From: Azolla caroliniana
Lineage: Eukaryota; Plantae; Polypodiophyta
NCBI GenBank assembly: GCA_043228905.1
Contig: JBHGNT010000025.1
Location: forward strand, 372,001-436,000
Length of the DNA: 64,000 bases
Direction: 5' to 3'
Shown: positions 1 through 11,600 of the stretch, in pieces
Layout of the letters: each line of letters starts with the position of its first letter
How positions within the stretch are numbered: the first letter of the stretch is position 1
Notes under the pieces: model-generated
The model's database searches: none
What the model saw: the letters and a program-made list of their open reading frames with translations, nothing else
What the model was told of the DNA's origin: nothing
Translations under genes and position numbers: made by a program

Positions 1-3000
1 TCGAGAGATATTACGAAATTACCTACTTTGAGGAGGGAGTTGAGACGACCTAGTAGGTAAATTAAAATGTTCATACCTGGCTCGTGTGATATCGGATTTT
101 TGTGTTCAAACATGCGAATCAAAGCTAACAACGCTAGCTATGATATGGAACTAAAAAATCAAGATTTTGAAACTCAGGTCGAGAGATATGAAGAAATTAG
201 CAATCTTGAGGAGGGAGTTGAGAGGAGCCCTTGAGTACATTAAAATGTTCATACCTGGCGCGTGTGATATCTGATTTTTGTGTTCAAACATGCGAATCGA
301 AGCTAACAACGCTAGCTATTATATGGAACTAAAAAGTCAAGATTTTGAAACTCAGGTCGAGAGATATGAAGAAATTAGCAATCTTGAGGAGGGAGTTGAG
401 AGGAGCCCTTGAGTACATTAAAATGTTCATACCTGGCGCGTGTGATATCGGATTTTTGTGTTCAGACATGCGAATCGAAGCTAACAACGCTAGCTATTCT
501 ATGGAACTAAAAAATCAAGATTTTGAAACTCAGGTCGAGAGATATGAAGAAATTAGCAATCTTGAGGAGGGAGTTGAGAGGAGCCCTTGAGTATATTAAA
601 ATGTTTATACCTGGCTCGTGTGATATCGGATTTTTGTGTTCAAACATGCGAATCGAAGCTAACAACGCTAGCTATGACATGGTATTAAAAAATCAAGAGT
701 TTGAAACTCAGGTGGAGAGACATGACGAAATTACCTAATTTAAGGAGTGAGTTGAGAGGAGCCCTTGAGTACATTAAAATGTTCATACCTGGCTCGTGTG
801 ATATCAGATTTTTGTGTTCAAACATGCGAATCGAAGCTAACAATGCTAGCTATTATATGGAACTAAAAAATCAAGATTTTGAAACTCAGGTCGAGAGATA
901 TGAAGAAATTAGCAATCTTGAGGAGGGAGTTGAGAGGAGCCCTTGAGTACATTAAAATGTTCATACCTGGCACGTGTGATATCGGATTTTTGTGTTCAAA
1001 CATGCGAATCGAAGCTAACAATGCTAGCTATTATATGGAACTAAAAAATCAAGATTTTGAAACTCAGGTCGAGAGATATGAAGAAATTAGCAATCTTGAG
1101 GAGGGAGTTGAGAGGAGCCCTTGAGTACATTAAAATGTTCATACCTGGCGCGTGTGATATCGGATTTTTGTGTTCAAACATGCGAATCGAAGCTAACAAC
1201 ACTAGCTATTCTATGGAACTAAAAAATCAAGATTTTGAAACTCAGGTCGAGAGATATGAAGAAATTAGCAATCTTGAGGAGGGAGTTGAGAGGAGCCCTT
1301 GAGTATATTAAAATGTTTATACCTGGCTCGTGTGATATCGGATTTTTGTGTTCAAACATGCGAATCGAAGCTAACAACGCTAGCTATGACATGGTATTAA
1401 AAAATCAAGAGTTTGAAACTCAGGTGGAGAGACATGACGAAATTACCTAATTTGAGGAGTGAGTTGAGAGGAGCCCTTGAGTACATTAAAATGTTCATAC
1501 CTGGCTCGTGTGATATCGGATTTTTGTGTTCAAACATGCGAATCGAAGCTAACAATGCTAGCTATTCTATGGAACTAAAAAATCAAGATTTTGAAACTCA
1601 GGTCGAGAGATATGAAGAAATTAGCAATCTTGAGGAGGGAGTTGAGAGGAGCCCTTGAGTACATTAAAATGTTCATACCTGGCGCGTGTGATATCGGATT
1701 TTTGTGTTCAAACATGCGAATCGAAGCTAACAATGCTAGCTATTATATGGAACTAAAAAATCAAGATTTTGAAACTCAGGTCGACAGATATGAAGAAATT
1801 AGCAATCTTGAGGAGGGAGTTGAGAGGAGCCCTTGAGTACATTAAAATGTTCATACCTGGCGCGTGTGATATCGGATTTTTGTGTTCAAACATGCGAATC
1901 GAAGCTCACAACGCTAGCTATGATATGGTATTAAAAAATCATGATTTTGAAATTGAGGTCGAGAGACATGAAGAAATTAGCAATCATGAGGAGGAAGTTG
2001 AAAGGAGCCCTTGAGTAAATTAAAATGTTCATACCTGGCGCGTGTGATATCGGATTTTTGTGTTCAAACATGCGAATCGAAGCTCACAACGCTAGCTATG
2101 ATATGGTATTAAAAAATCATGATTTTGAAATTGAGGTTGAGAGACATGAAGAAATTAGCAATCATGAGGAGGAAGTTGAAAGGAGCCCTTGAGTAAATTA
2201 AAATGTTCATACCTGGCGCGTGTGATATCGGATTTTTGTGTTCAAACATGTGAATCCTAGCTAACAACGCTAGCTATGACATGGTATTAAGAAATCAAGA
2301 TTTTGAAACTCAGGTCGAGAGATATTACGAAATTACCTACTTTGAGGAGGGAGTTGAGACGACCTAGTAGGTAAATTAAAATGTTCATACCTGGCTCGTG
2401 TGATATCGGATTTTTGTGTTCAAACATGCGAATCAAAGCTAACAACGCTAGCTATGATATGGAACTAAAAAATCAAGATTTTGAAACTCAGGTCGAGAGA
2501 TATGAAGAAATTAGCAATCTTGAAGAGGGAGTTGAGAGGAGCCCTTGAGTACATTAAAATTTTCATACCTGGCTCGTGTGATATCGGATTTTTGTGTTGA
2601 AACATGCGAATCGAAGCTAACAATGCTAGCTATGACATGGTATTAAAAAATCAAGATTTTCAAAGTCAGGTCGAGAGACATGACGAAATTACCTAATTTG
2701 AGGAGTGAGTTGAGAGGAGCCCTTGAGTACATTAAAATGTTCATACCTGGCTCGTGTGATATCGGATTTTTGTGTTCAAACATGCGAATCAAGCTAACAA
2801 CGCTAGCTATTATATGGAACTAAAAAATCAAGATTTTGAAACTCAGGTCGAGAGATATGAAGAAATTAGCAATCTTGAGGAGGGAGTTGAGAGGAGCACT
2901 TGAGTATATTAAAATGTTCATACCTGGCGCGTGTGATATCGGATTTTTGTGTTCAAACATGCGAATCGAAGCTAACAACGCTAGCTATGACATGGTATTA

Positions 3001-5697
3001 AAAAATCAAGAGTTTGAAACTCAGGTGGAGAGACATGACGAAATTACCTAATTTGAGGAGTGAGTTGAGAGGAGCCCTTGAGTACATTAAAATGTTCATA
3101 CCTGGCTCGTGTGATATCGGATTTTTGTGTTCAAACATGCGAATCGAAGCTAACAATGCTAGCTATTCTATGGAACTAAAAAATCAAGATTTTGAAACTC
3201 AGGTCGAGAGATATGAAAAATTAGCAATCTTGAGGAGGGAGTTGAGAGGAGCCCTTGAGTACATTAAAATGTTCATACCTGGCGCGTGTGATATCGGATT
3301 TTTGTGTTCAAACATGCGAATCGAAGCTAACAATGCTAGCTATTATATGGAACTAAAAAATCAAGATTTTGAAACTCAGGTCGACAGATATGAAGAAATT
3401 AGCAATCTTGAGGAGGGAGTTGAGAGGAGCCCTTGAGTACATTAAAATGTTCATACCTGGCGCGTGTGATATCGGATTTTTGTGTTCAAACATGCGAATC
3501 GAAGCTCACAACGCTAGCTATGATATGGTATTAAAAAATCATGATTTTGAAATTGAGGTCGAGAGACATGAAGAAATTAGCAATCATGAGGAGGAAGTTG
3601 AAAGGAGCCCTTGAGTAAATTAAAATGTTCATACCTGGCGCGTGTGATATCGGATTTTTGTGTTCAAACATGCGAATCGAAGCTCACAACGCTAGCTATG
3701 ATATGGTATTAAAAAATCATGATTTTGAAATTGAGGTCGAGAGACATGAAGAAATTAGCAATCATGAGGAGGAAGTTGAAAGGAGCCCTTGAGTAAATTA
3801 AAATGTTCATACCTGGCGCGTGTGATATCGGATTTTTGTGTTCAAACATGTGAATCCTAGCTAACAACGCTAGCTATGACATGGTATTAAGAAATCAAGA
3901 TTTTGAAACTCAGGTCGAGAGATATTACGAAATTACCTACTTTGAGGAGGGAGTTGAGACGACCTAGTAGGTAAATTAAAATGTTCATACCTGGCTCGTG
4001 TGATATCGGATTTTTGTGTTCAAACATGCGAATCAAAGCTAACAACGCTAGCTATGATATGGAACTAAAAAATCAAGATTTTGAAACTCAGGTCGAGAGA
4101 TATGAAGAAATTAGCAATCTTGAGGAGGGAGTTGAGAGGAGCCCTTGAGTACATTAAAATGTTCATACCTGGCGCGTGTGATATCTGATTTTTGTGTTCA
4201 AACATGCGAATCGAAGCTAACAACGCTAGCTATTATATGGAACTAAAAAGTCAAGATTTTGAAACTCAGGTCGAGAGATATGAAGAAATTAGCAATCTTG
4301 AGGAGGGAGTTGAGAGGAGCCCTTGAGTACATTAAAATGTTCATACCTGGCGCGTGTGATATCGGATTTTTGTGTTCAGACATGCGAATCGAAGCTAACA
4401 ACGCTAGCTATTCTATGGAACTAAAAAATCAAGATTTTGAAACTCAGGTCGAGAGATATGAAGAAATTAGCAATCTTGAGGAGGGAGTTGAGAGGAGCCC
4501 TTGAGTATATTAAAATGTTTATACCTGGCTCGTGTGATATCGGATTTTTGTGTTCAAACATGCGAATCGAAGCTAACAACGCTAGCTATGACATGGTATT
4601 AAAAAATCAAGAGTTTGAAACTCAGGTGGAGAGACATGACGAAATTACCTAATTTAAGGAGTGAGTTGAGAGGAGCCCTTGAGTACATTAAAATGTTCAT
4701 ACCTGGCTCGTGTGATATCAGATTTTTGTGTTCAAACATGCGAATCGAAGCTAACAATGCTAGCTATTATATGGAACTAAAAAATCAAGATTTTGAAACT
4801 CAGGTCGAGAGATATGAAGAAATTAGCAATCTTGAGGAGGGAGTTGAGAGGAGCCCTTGAGTACATTAAAATGTTCATACCTGGCACGTGTGATATCGGA
4901 TTTTTGTGTTCAAACATGCGAATCGAAGCTAACAATGCTAGCTATTATATGGAACTAAAAAATCAAGATTTTGAAACTCAGGTCGAGAGATATGAAGAAA
5001 TTAGCAATCTTGAGGAGGGAGTTGAGAGGAGCCCTTGAGTACATTAAAATGTTCATACCTGGCGCGTGTGATATCGGATTTTTGTGTTCAAACATGCGAA
5101 TCGAAGCTAACAACACTAGCTATTCTATGGAACTAAAAAATCAAGATTTTGAAACTCAGGTCGAGAGATATGAAGAAATTAGCAATCTTGAGGAGGGAGT
5201 TGAGAGGAGCCCTTGAGTATATTAAAATGTTTATACCTGGCTCGTGTGATATCGGATTTTTGTGTTCAAACATGCGAATCGAAGCTAACAACGCTAGCTA
5301 TGACATGGTATTAAAAAATCAAGAGTTTGAAACTCAGGTGGAGAGACATGACGAAATTACCTAATTTGAGGAGTGAGTTGAGAGGAGCCCTTGAGTACAT
5401 TAAAATGTTCATACCTGGCTCGTGTGATATCGGATTTTTGTGTTCAAACATGCGAATCGAAGCTAACAATGCTAGCTATTCTATGGAACTAAAAAATCAA
5501 GATTTTGAAACTCAGGTCGAGAGATATGAAGAAATTAGCAATCTTGAGGAGGGAGTTGAGAGGAGCCCTTGAGTACATTAAAATGTTCATACCTGGCGCG
5601 TGTGATATCGGATTTTTGTGTTCAAACATGCGAATCGAAGCTAACAATGCTAGCTATTATATGGAACTAAAAAATCAAGATTTTGAAACTCAGGTCG
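1..5697. repeat. Block duplication, offset 3914 bp (22 monomers minus 2 bp): about 1-1783 matches about 3915-5697
   Basis: Same order of rare variants (atatctgatt, aaaagtcaag, ttcagacatg, aatttaagga, atatcagatt, ggcacgtg). ORF starts 345/4259, 701/4615, 1591/5505. Confidence 0.9.
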
Positions 5698-8600
5698 AGA
5701 GATATGAAGAAATTAGCAATCTTGAGGAGGGAGTTGAGAGGAGCCCTTGAGTATATTAAAATGTTTATACCTGGCTCGTGTGATATCGGATTTTTGTGTT
5801 CAAACATGCGAATCGAAGCTAACAACGCTAGCTATGACATGGTATTAAAAAATCAAGAGTTTGAAACTCAGGTGGAGAGACATGACGAAATTACCTAATT
5901 TGAGGAGTGAGTTGAGAGGAGCCCTTGAGTACATTAAAATGTTCATACCTGGCTCGTGTGATATCGGATTTTTGTGTTCAAACATGCGAATCGAAGCTAA
6001 CAATGCTAGCTATTCTATGGAACTAAAAAATCAAGATTTTGAAACTCAGGTCGACAGATATGAAGAAATTAGCAATCTTGAGGAGGGAGTTGAGAGGAGC
6101 CCTTGAGTACATTAAAATGTTCATACCTGGCGCGTGTGATATCGGATTTTTGTGTTCAAACATGCGAATCGAAGCTAACAATGCTAGCTATTCTATGGAA
6201 CTAAAAAATCAAGATTTTGAAACTCAGGTCGACAGATATGAAGAAATTAGCAATCTTGAGGAGGGAGTTGAGAGGAGCCCTTGAGTACATTAAAATGTTC
6301 ATACCTGGCGCGTGTGATATCGGATTTTTGTGTTCAAACATGCGAATCGAAGCTCACAACGCTAGCTATGATATGGTATTAAAAAATCATGATTTTGAAA
6401 TTGAGGTCGAGAGACATGAAGAAATTAGCAATCATGAGGAGGAAGTTGAAAGGAGCCCTTGAGTAAATTAAAATGTTCATACCTGGCGCGTGTGATATCG
6501 GATTTTTGTGTTCAAACATGCGAATCGAAGCTCACAACGCTAGCTATGATATGGTATTAAAAAATCATGATTTTGAAATTGAGGTTGAGAGACATGAAGA
6601 AATTAGCAATCATGAGGAGGAAGTTGAAAGGAGCCCTTGAGTAAATTAAAATGTTCATACCTGGCGCGTGTGATATCGGATTTTTGTGTTCAAACATGTG
6701 AATCCTAGCTAACAACGCTAGCTATGACATGGTATTAAGAAATCAAGATTTTGAAACTCAGGTCGAGAGATATTACGAAATTACCTACTTTGAGGAGGGA
6801 GTTGAGACGACCTAGTAGGTAAATTAAAATGTTCATACCTGGCTCGTGTGATATCGGATTTTTGTGTTCAAACATGCGAATCAAAGCTAACAACGCTAGC
6901 TATGATATGGAACTAAAAAATCAAGATTTTGAAACTCAGGTCGAGAGATATGAAGAAATTAGCAATCTTGAAGAGGGAGTTGAGAGGAGCCCTTGAGTAC
7001 ATTAAAATTTTCATACCTGGCTCGTGTGATATCGGATTTTTGTGTTGAAACATGCGAATCGAAGCTAACAATGCTAGCTATGACATGGTATTAAAAAATC
7101 AAGATTTTCAAAGTCAGGTCGAGAGACATGACGAAATTACCTAATTTGAGGAGTGAGTTGAGAGGAGCCCTTGAGTACATTAAAATGTTCATACCTGGCT
7201 CGTGTGATATCGGATTTTTGTGTTCAAACATGCGAATCAAGCTAACAACGCTAGCTATTATATGGAACTAAAAAATCAAGATTTTGAAACTCAGGTCGAG
7301 AGATATGAAGAAATTAGCAATCTTGAGGAGGGAGTTGAGAGGAGCACTTGAGTATATTAAAATGTTTATACCTGGCTCGTGTGATATCGGATTTTTGTGT
7401 TCAAACATGCGAATCGAAGCTAACAACGCTAGCTATGACATGTTATTAAAAAATCAAGATTTTGAAACTCAGGTAGAGAGACATGACGAAATTACCTAAT
7501 TTGAGGAGTGAGTTGAGAGGAGCCCATGAGTACATTACAATGTTCATACCTGGCGCGTGTGATATCGGATTTTTGTGTTCAAACATGCGAATCGAAGCTA
7601 ACAATGCTAGCTATTATATGGAACTAAAAAATCATGATTTTGAAATTCAGGTCAAGAGATATGAAGAAATTAGCAATGTTGAGGAGGGAGTTGAGAGGAG
7701 CCCTTGAGTACATTAAAATGTTCATACCTGGCGCGTGTGATATCTGATTTTTGTGTTCAAATATGCGAATCGAAGCTAACAACGCTAGCTATGACATGGT
7801 ATTAAAAAATCAAGAGTTTGAAACTCAGGTGGAGAGACATGACGAAATTACCTAATTTGAGGAGTGAGTTGAGAGGAGCCCTTGAGTACATTAAAATGTT
7901 CATACCTGGCGCGTGTGATATCGGATTTTTGTGTTCAAACATGCGAATCGAAGCTAACAATGCTAGCTATTATATGGAACTAAAAAATCAAGATTTTGAA
8001 ACTCAGGTCGACAGATATGAAGAAATTAGCAATCTTGAGGAGGGAGTTGAGAGGAGCCCTTGAGTACATTAAAATGTTCATACCTGGCGCGTGTGATATC
8101 GGATTTTTGTGTTCAAACATGCGAATCGAAGCTCACAACGCTAGCTATGATATGGTATTAAAAAATCATGATTTTGAAATTGAGGTCGAGAGACATGAAG
8201 AAATTAGCAATCATGAGGAGGAAGTTGAAAGGAGCCCTTGAGTAAATTAAAATGTTCATACCTGGCGCGTGTGATATCGGATTTTTGTGTTCAAACATGC
8301 GAATCGAAGCTCACAACGCTAGCTATGATATGGTATTAAAAAATCATGATTTTGAAATTGAGGTCGAGAGACATGAAGAAATTAGCAATCATGAGGAGGA
8401 AGTTGAAAGGAGCCCTTGAGTAAATTAAAATGTTCATACCTGGCGCGTGTGATATCGGATTTTTGTGTTCAAACATGTGAATCGAAGCTAACAATGCTAG
8501 CTATGACATGGTATTAAAAAATCAAGATTTTCAAAGTCAGGTCGAGAGACATGACGAAATTACCTAATTTGAGGAGTGAGTTGAGAGGAGCCCTTGAGTA

Positions 8601-11600
8601 CATTAAAATGTTCATACCTGGCTCGTGTGATATCGGATTTTTGTGTTCAAACATGCGAATCAAGCTAACAACGCTAGCTATTATATGGAACTAAAAAATC
8701 AAGATTTTGAAACTCAGGTCGAGAGATATGAAGAAATTAGCAATCTTGAGGAGGGAGTTGAGAGGAGCACTTGAGTATATTAAAATGTTCATACCTGGCT
8801 CGTGTGATATCGGATTTTTGTGTTCAAACATGCGAATCGAAGCTAACAACGCTAGCTATGACATGTTATTAAAAAATCAAGATTTTGAAACTCAGGTAGA
8901 GAGACATGACGAAATTACCTAATTTGAGGAGTGAGTTGAGAGGAGCCCATGAGTACATTACAATGTTCATACCTGGCGCGTGTGATATCGGATTTTTGTG
9001 TTCAAACATGCGAATCAAAGCTAACAACGCTAGCTATGATATGGAACTAAAAAATCAAGATTTTGAAACTCAGGTCGAGAGATATGAAGAAATTAGCAAT
9101 CTTGAGGAGGGAGTTGAGAGGAGCCCTTGAGTACATTATTATGTTCATACCTGGCTCGTGTGATATCGGATTTTTGTGTTCAAACATGCGAATCGAAGCT
9201 AACAACGCTAGCTATGACATGGTATTAAAAAATCAAGAGTTTGAAACTCAGGTGGAGAGACATGACGAAATTACCTAATTTGAGGAGTGAGTTGAGAGGA
9301 GCCCTTGAGTACATTAAAATGTTCATACCTGGCGCGTGTGATATCGGATTTTTGTGTTCAAACATGCGAATCGAAGCTAACAACACTAGCTATTCTATGG
9401 AACTAAAAAATCAAGATTTTGAAACTCAGGTCGAGAGATATGAAGAAATTAGCAATCTTGAGGAGGGAGTTGAGAGGAGCCCTTGAGTATATTAAAATGT
9501 TTATACCTGGCTCGTGTGATATCGGATTTTTGTGTTCAAACATGCGAATCGAAGCTAACAACGCTAGCTATGACATGGTATTAAAAAATCAAGAGTTTGA
9601 AACTCAGGTGGAGAGACATGAAGAAATTAGCAATCTTGAGGAGGGAGTTGAGAGGAGCCCTTGAGTACATTAAAATGTTCATACCTGGCTCGTGTGATAT
9701 CGGATTTTTGTGTTCAAACATGCGAATCGAAGCTAACAATGCTAGCTATTCTATGGAACTAAAAAATCAAGATTTTGAAACTCAGGTCGAGAGATATGAA
9801 GAAATTAGCAATCTTGAGGAGGGAGTTGAGAGGAGCCCTTCAGTACATTAAAATGTTCATACCTGGCGCGTGTGATATCGGATTTTTGTGTTCAAACATG
9901 CGAATCGAAGCTAACAATGCTAGCTATTCTATGGAACTAAAAAATCAAGATTTTGAAACTCAGGTCGAGAGATATGAAGAAATTAGCAATCTTGAGGAGG
10001 GAGTTGAGAGGAGCCCTTCAGTACATTAAAATGTTCATACCTGGCGCGTGTGATATCGGATTTTTGTGTTCAAACATGCGAATCGAAGCTAACAATGCTA
10101 GCTATGATATGGAATTCAAAAATCAAGATTTTGAAACTCAGGTCGAGAGATATGAAGAAATTAGCAATCTTGAGGAGGGAGTTGAGAGGAGCCCTTGAGT
10201 ACATTAAAATGTTCATACCTGGCGCGTGTGATATCTGATTTTTGTGTTCAAACATGCGAATCCAAGCTAACAACGCTAGCTATTATATGGAACTAAAAAG
10301 TCAAGATTTTGAAACTCAGGTCGAGAGATATGAAGAAATTAGCAATCTTGAGGAGGGAGTTGAGAGGAGCCCTTGAGTACATTAAAATGTTCATACCTGG
10401 CGCGTGTGATATCGGATTTTTGTGTTCAAACATGCGAATCGAAGCTAACAACACTTGCTATTCTATGGAACTAAAAAATCAAGATTTTGAAATTCAGGTC
10501 GAGAGATATGAAGAAATTAGCAATCTTGAGGAGGGAGTTGAGAGGAGCCCTTGAGTAAATTAAAATGTTCATACGTGGCTCGTGTGATATCGGATTTTTG
10601 TGTTCAAACATGCGAATCGAAGCTCACAACGCTAGCTATGATATGGTATTAAAAAATCATGATTTTGAAACTCAGGTCGAGAGACATGAAGAAATTAGCA
10701 ATCTTGAGGAGGGAGTTGAGAGGAGCCCTTGAGTACATTAAAATGTTCATACCTGGCGCGTGTGATATCTGATTTTTGTGTTCAAACATGCGAATCGAAG
10801 CTAACAACGCTAGCTATTATATGGAACTAAAAAATCAAGATTTTGAAACTCAGGTCGAGAGATATGAAGAAATTAGCAATCTTGAGGAGGGAGTTGAGAG
10901 GAGCCCTTGAGTACATTAAAATGTTCATACCTGGCGCGTGTGATATCTGATTTTTGTGTTCAAACATGCGAATCGAAGCTAACAACGCTAGCTATTATAT
11001 GGAACTAAAAAGTCAAGATTTTGAAACTCAGGTCGAGAGATATGAAGAAATTAGCAATCTTGAGGAGGGAGTTGAGAGGAGCCCTTGAGTACATTAAAAT
11101 GTTCATACCTGGCGCGTGTGATATCGGATTTTTGTGTTCAGACATGCGAATCGAAGCTAACAACGCTAGCTATTCTATGGAACTAAAAAATCAAGATTTT
11201 GAAACTCAGGTCGAGAGATATGAAGAAATTAGCAATCTTGAGGAGGGAGTTGAGAGGAGCCCTTGAGTATATTAAAATGTTTATACCTGGCTCGTGTGAT
11301 ATCGGATTTTTGTGTTCAAACATGCGAATCGAAGCTAACAACGCTAGCTATGACATGGTATTAAAAAATCAAGAGTTTGAAACTCAGGTGGAGAGACATG
11401 ACGAAATTACCTAATTTAAGGAGTGAGTTGAGAGGAGCCCTTGAGTACATTAAAATGTTCATACCTGGCTCGTGTGATATCAGATTTTTGTGTTCAAACA
11501 TGCGAATCGAAGCTAACAATGCTAGCTATTATATGGAACTAAAAAATCAAGATTTTGAAACTCAGGTCGAGAGATATGAAGAAATTAGCAATCTTGAGGA

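Noticed and set aside
88-172. Internal sub-repeat (atcggatttttg vs atcaagattttg) suggesting a dimer of about 89 bp
   Set aside because: The similarity is short, the spacing is 68/110 rather than 89, and I could not extend the alignment by eye.
205-230. Purine-rich gaggagggagttgagaggag as a G-quadruplex, triplex or Shine-Dalgarno site
   Set aside because: It has only one GGG run and the tract is interrupted by tt. The aggagg match is meaningless in a satellite with no downstream gene.
3014-3436. Longer 140-aa ORF and the 1-bp deletion near 3218 (atatgaaaaa)
   Set aside because: A singleton loss of one G makes a 177-bp unit and fuses frames. It may be a sequencing error and is not evidence of coding.
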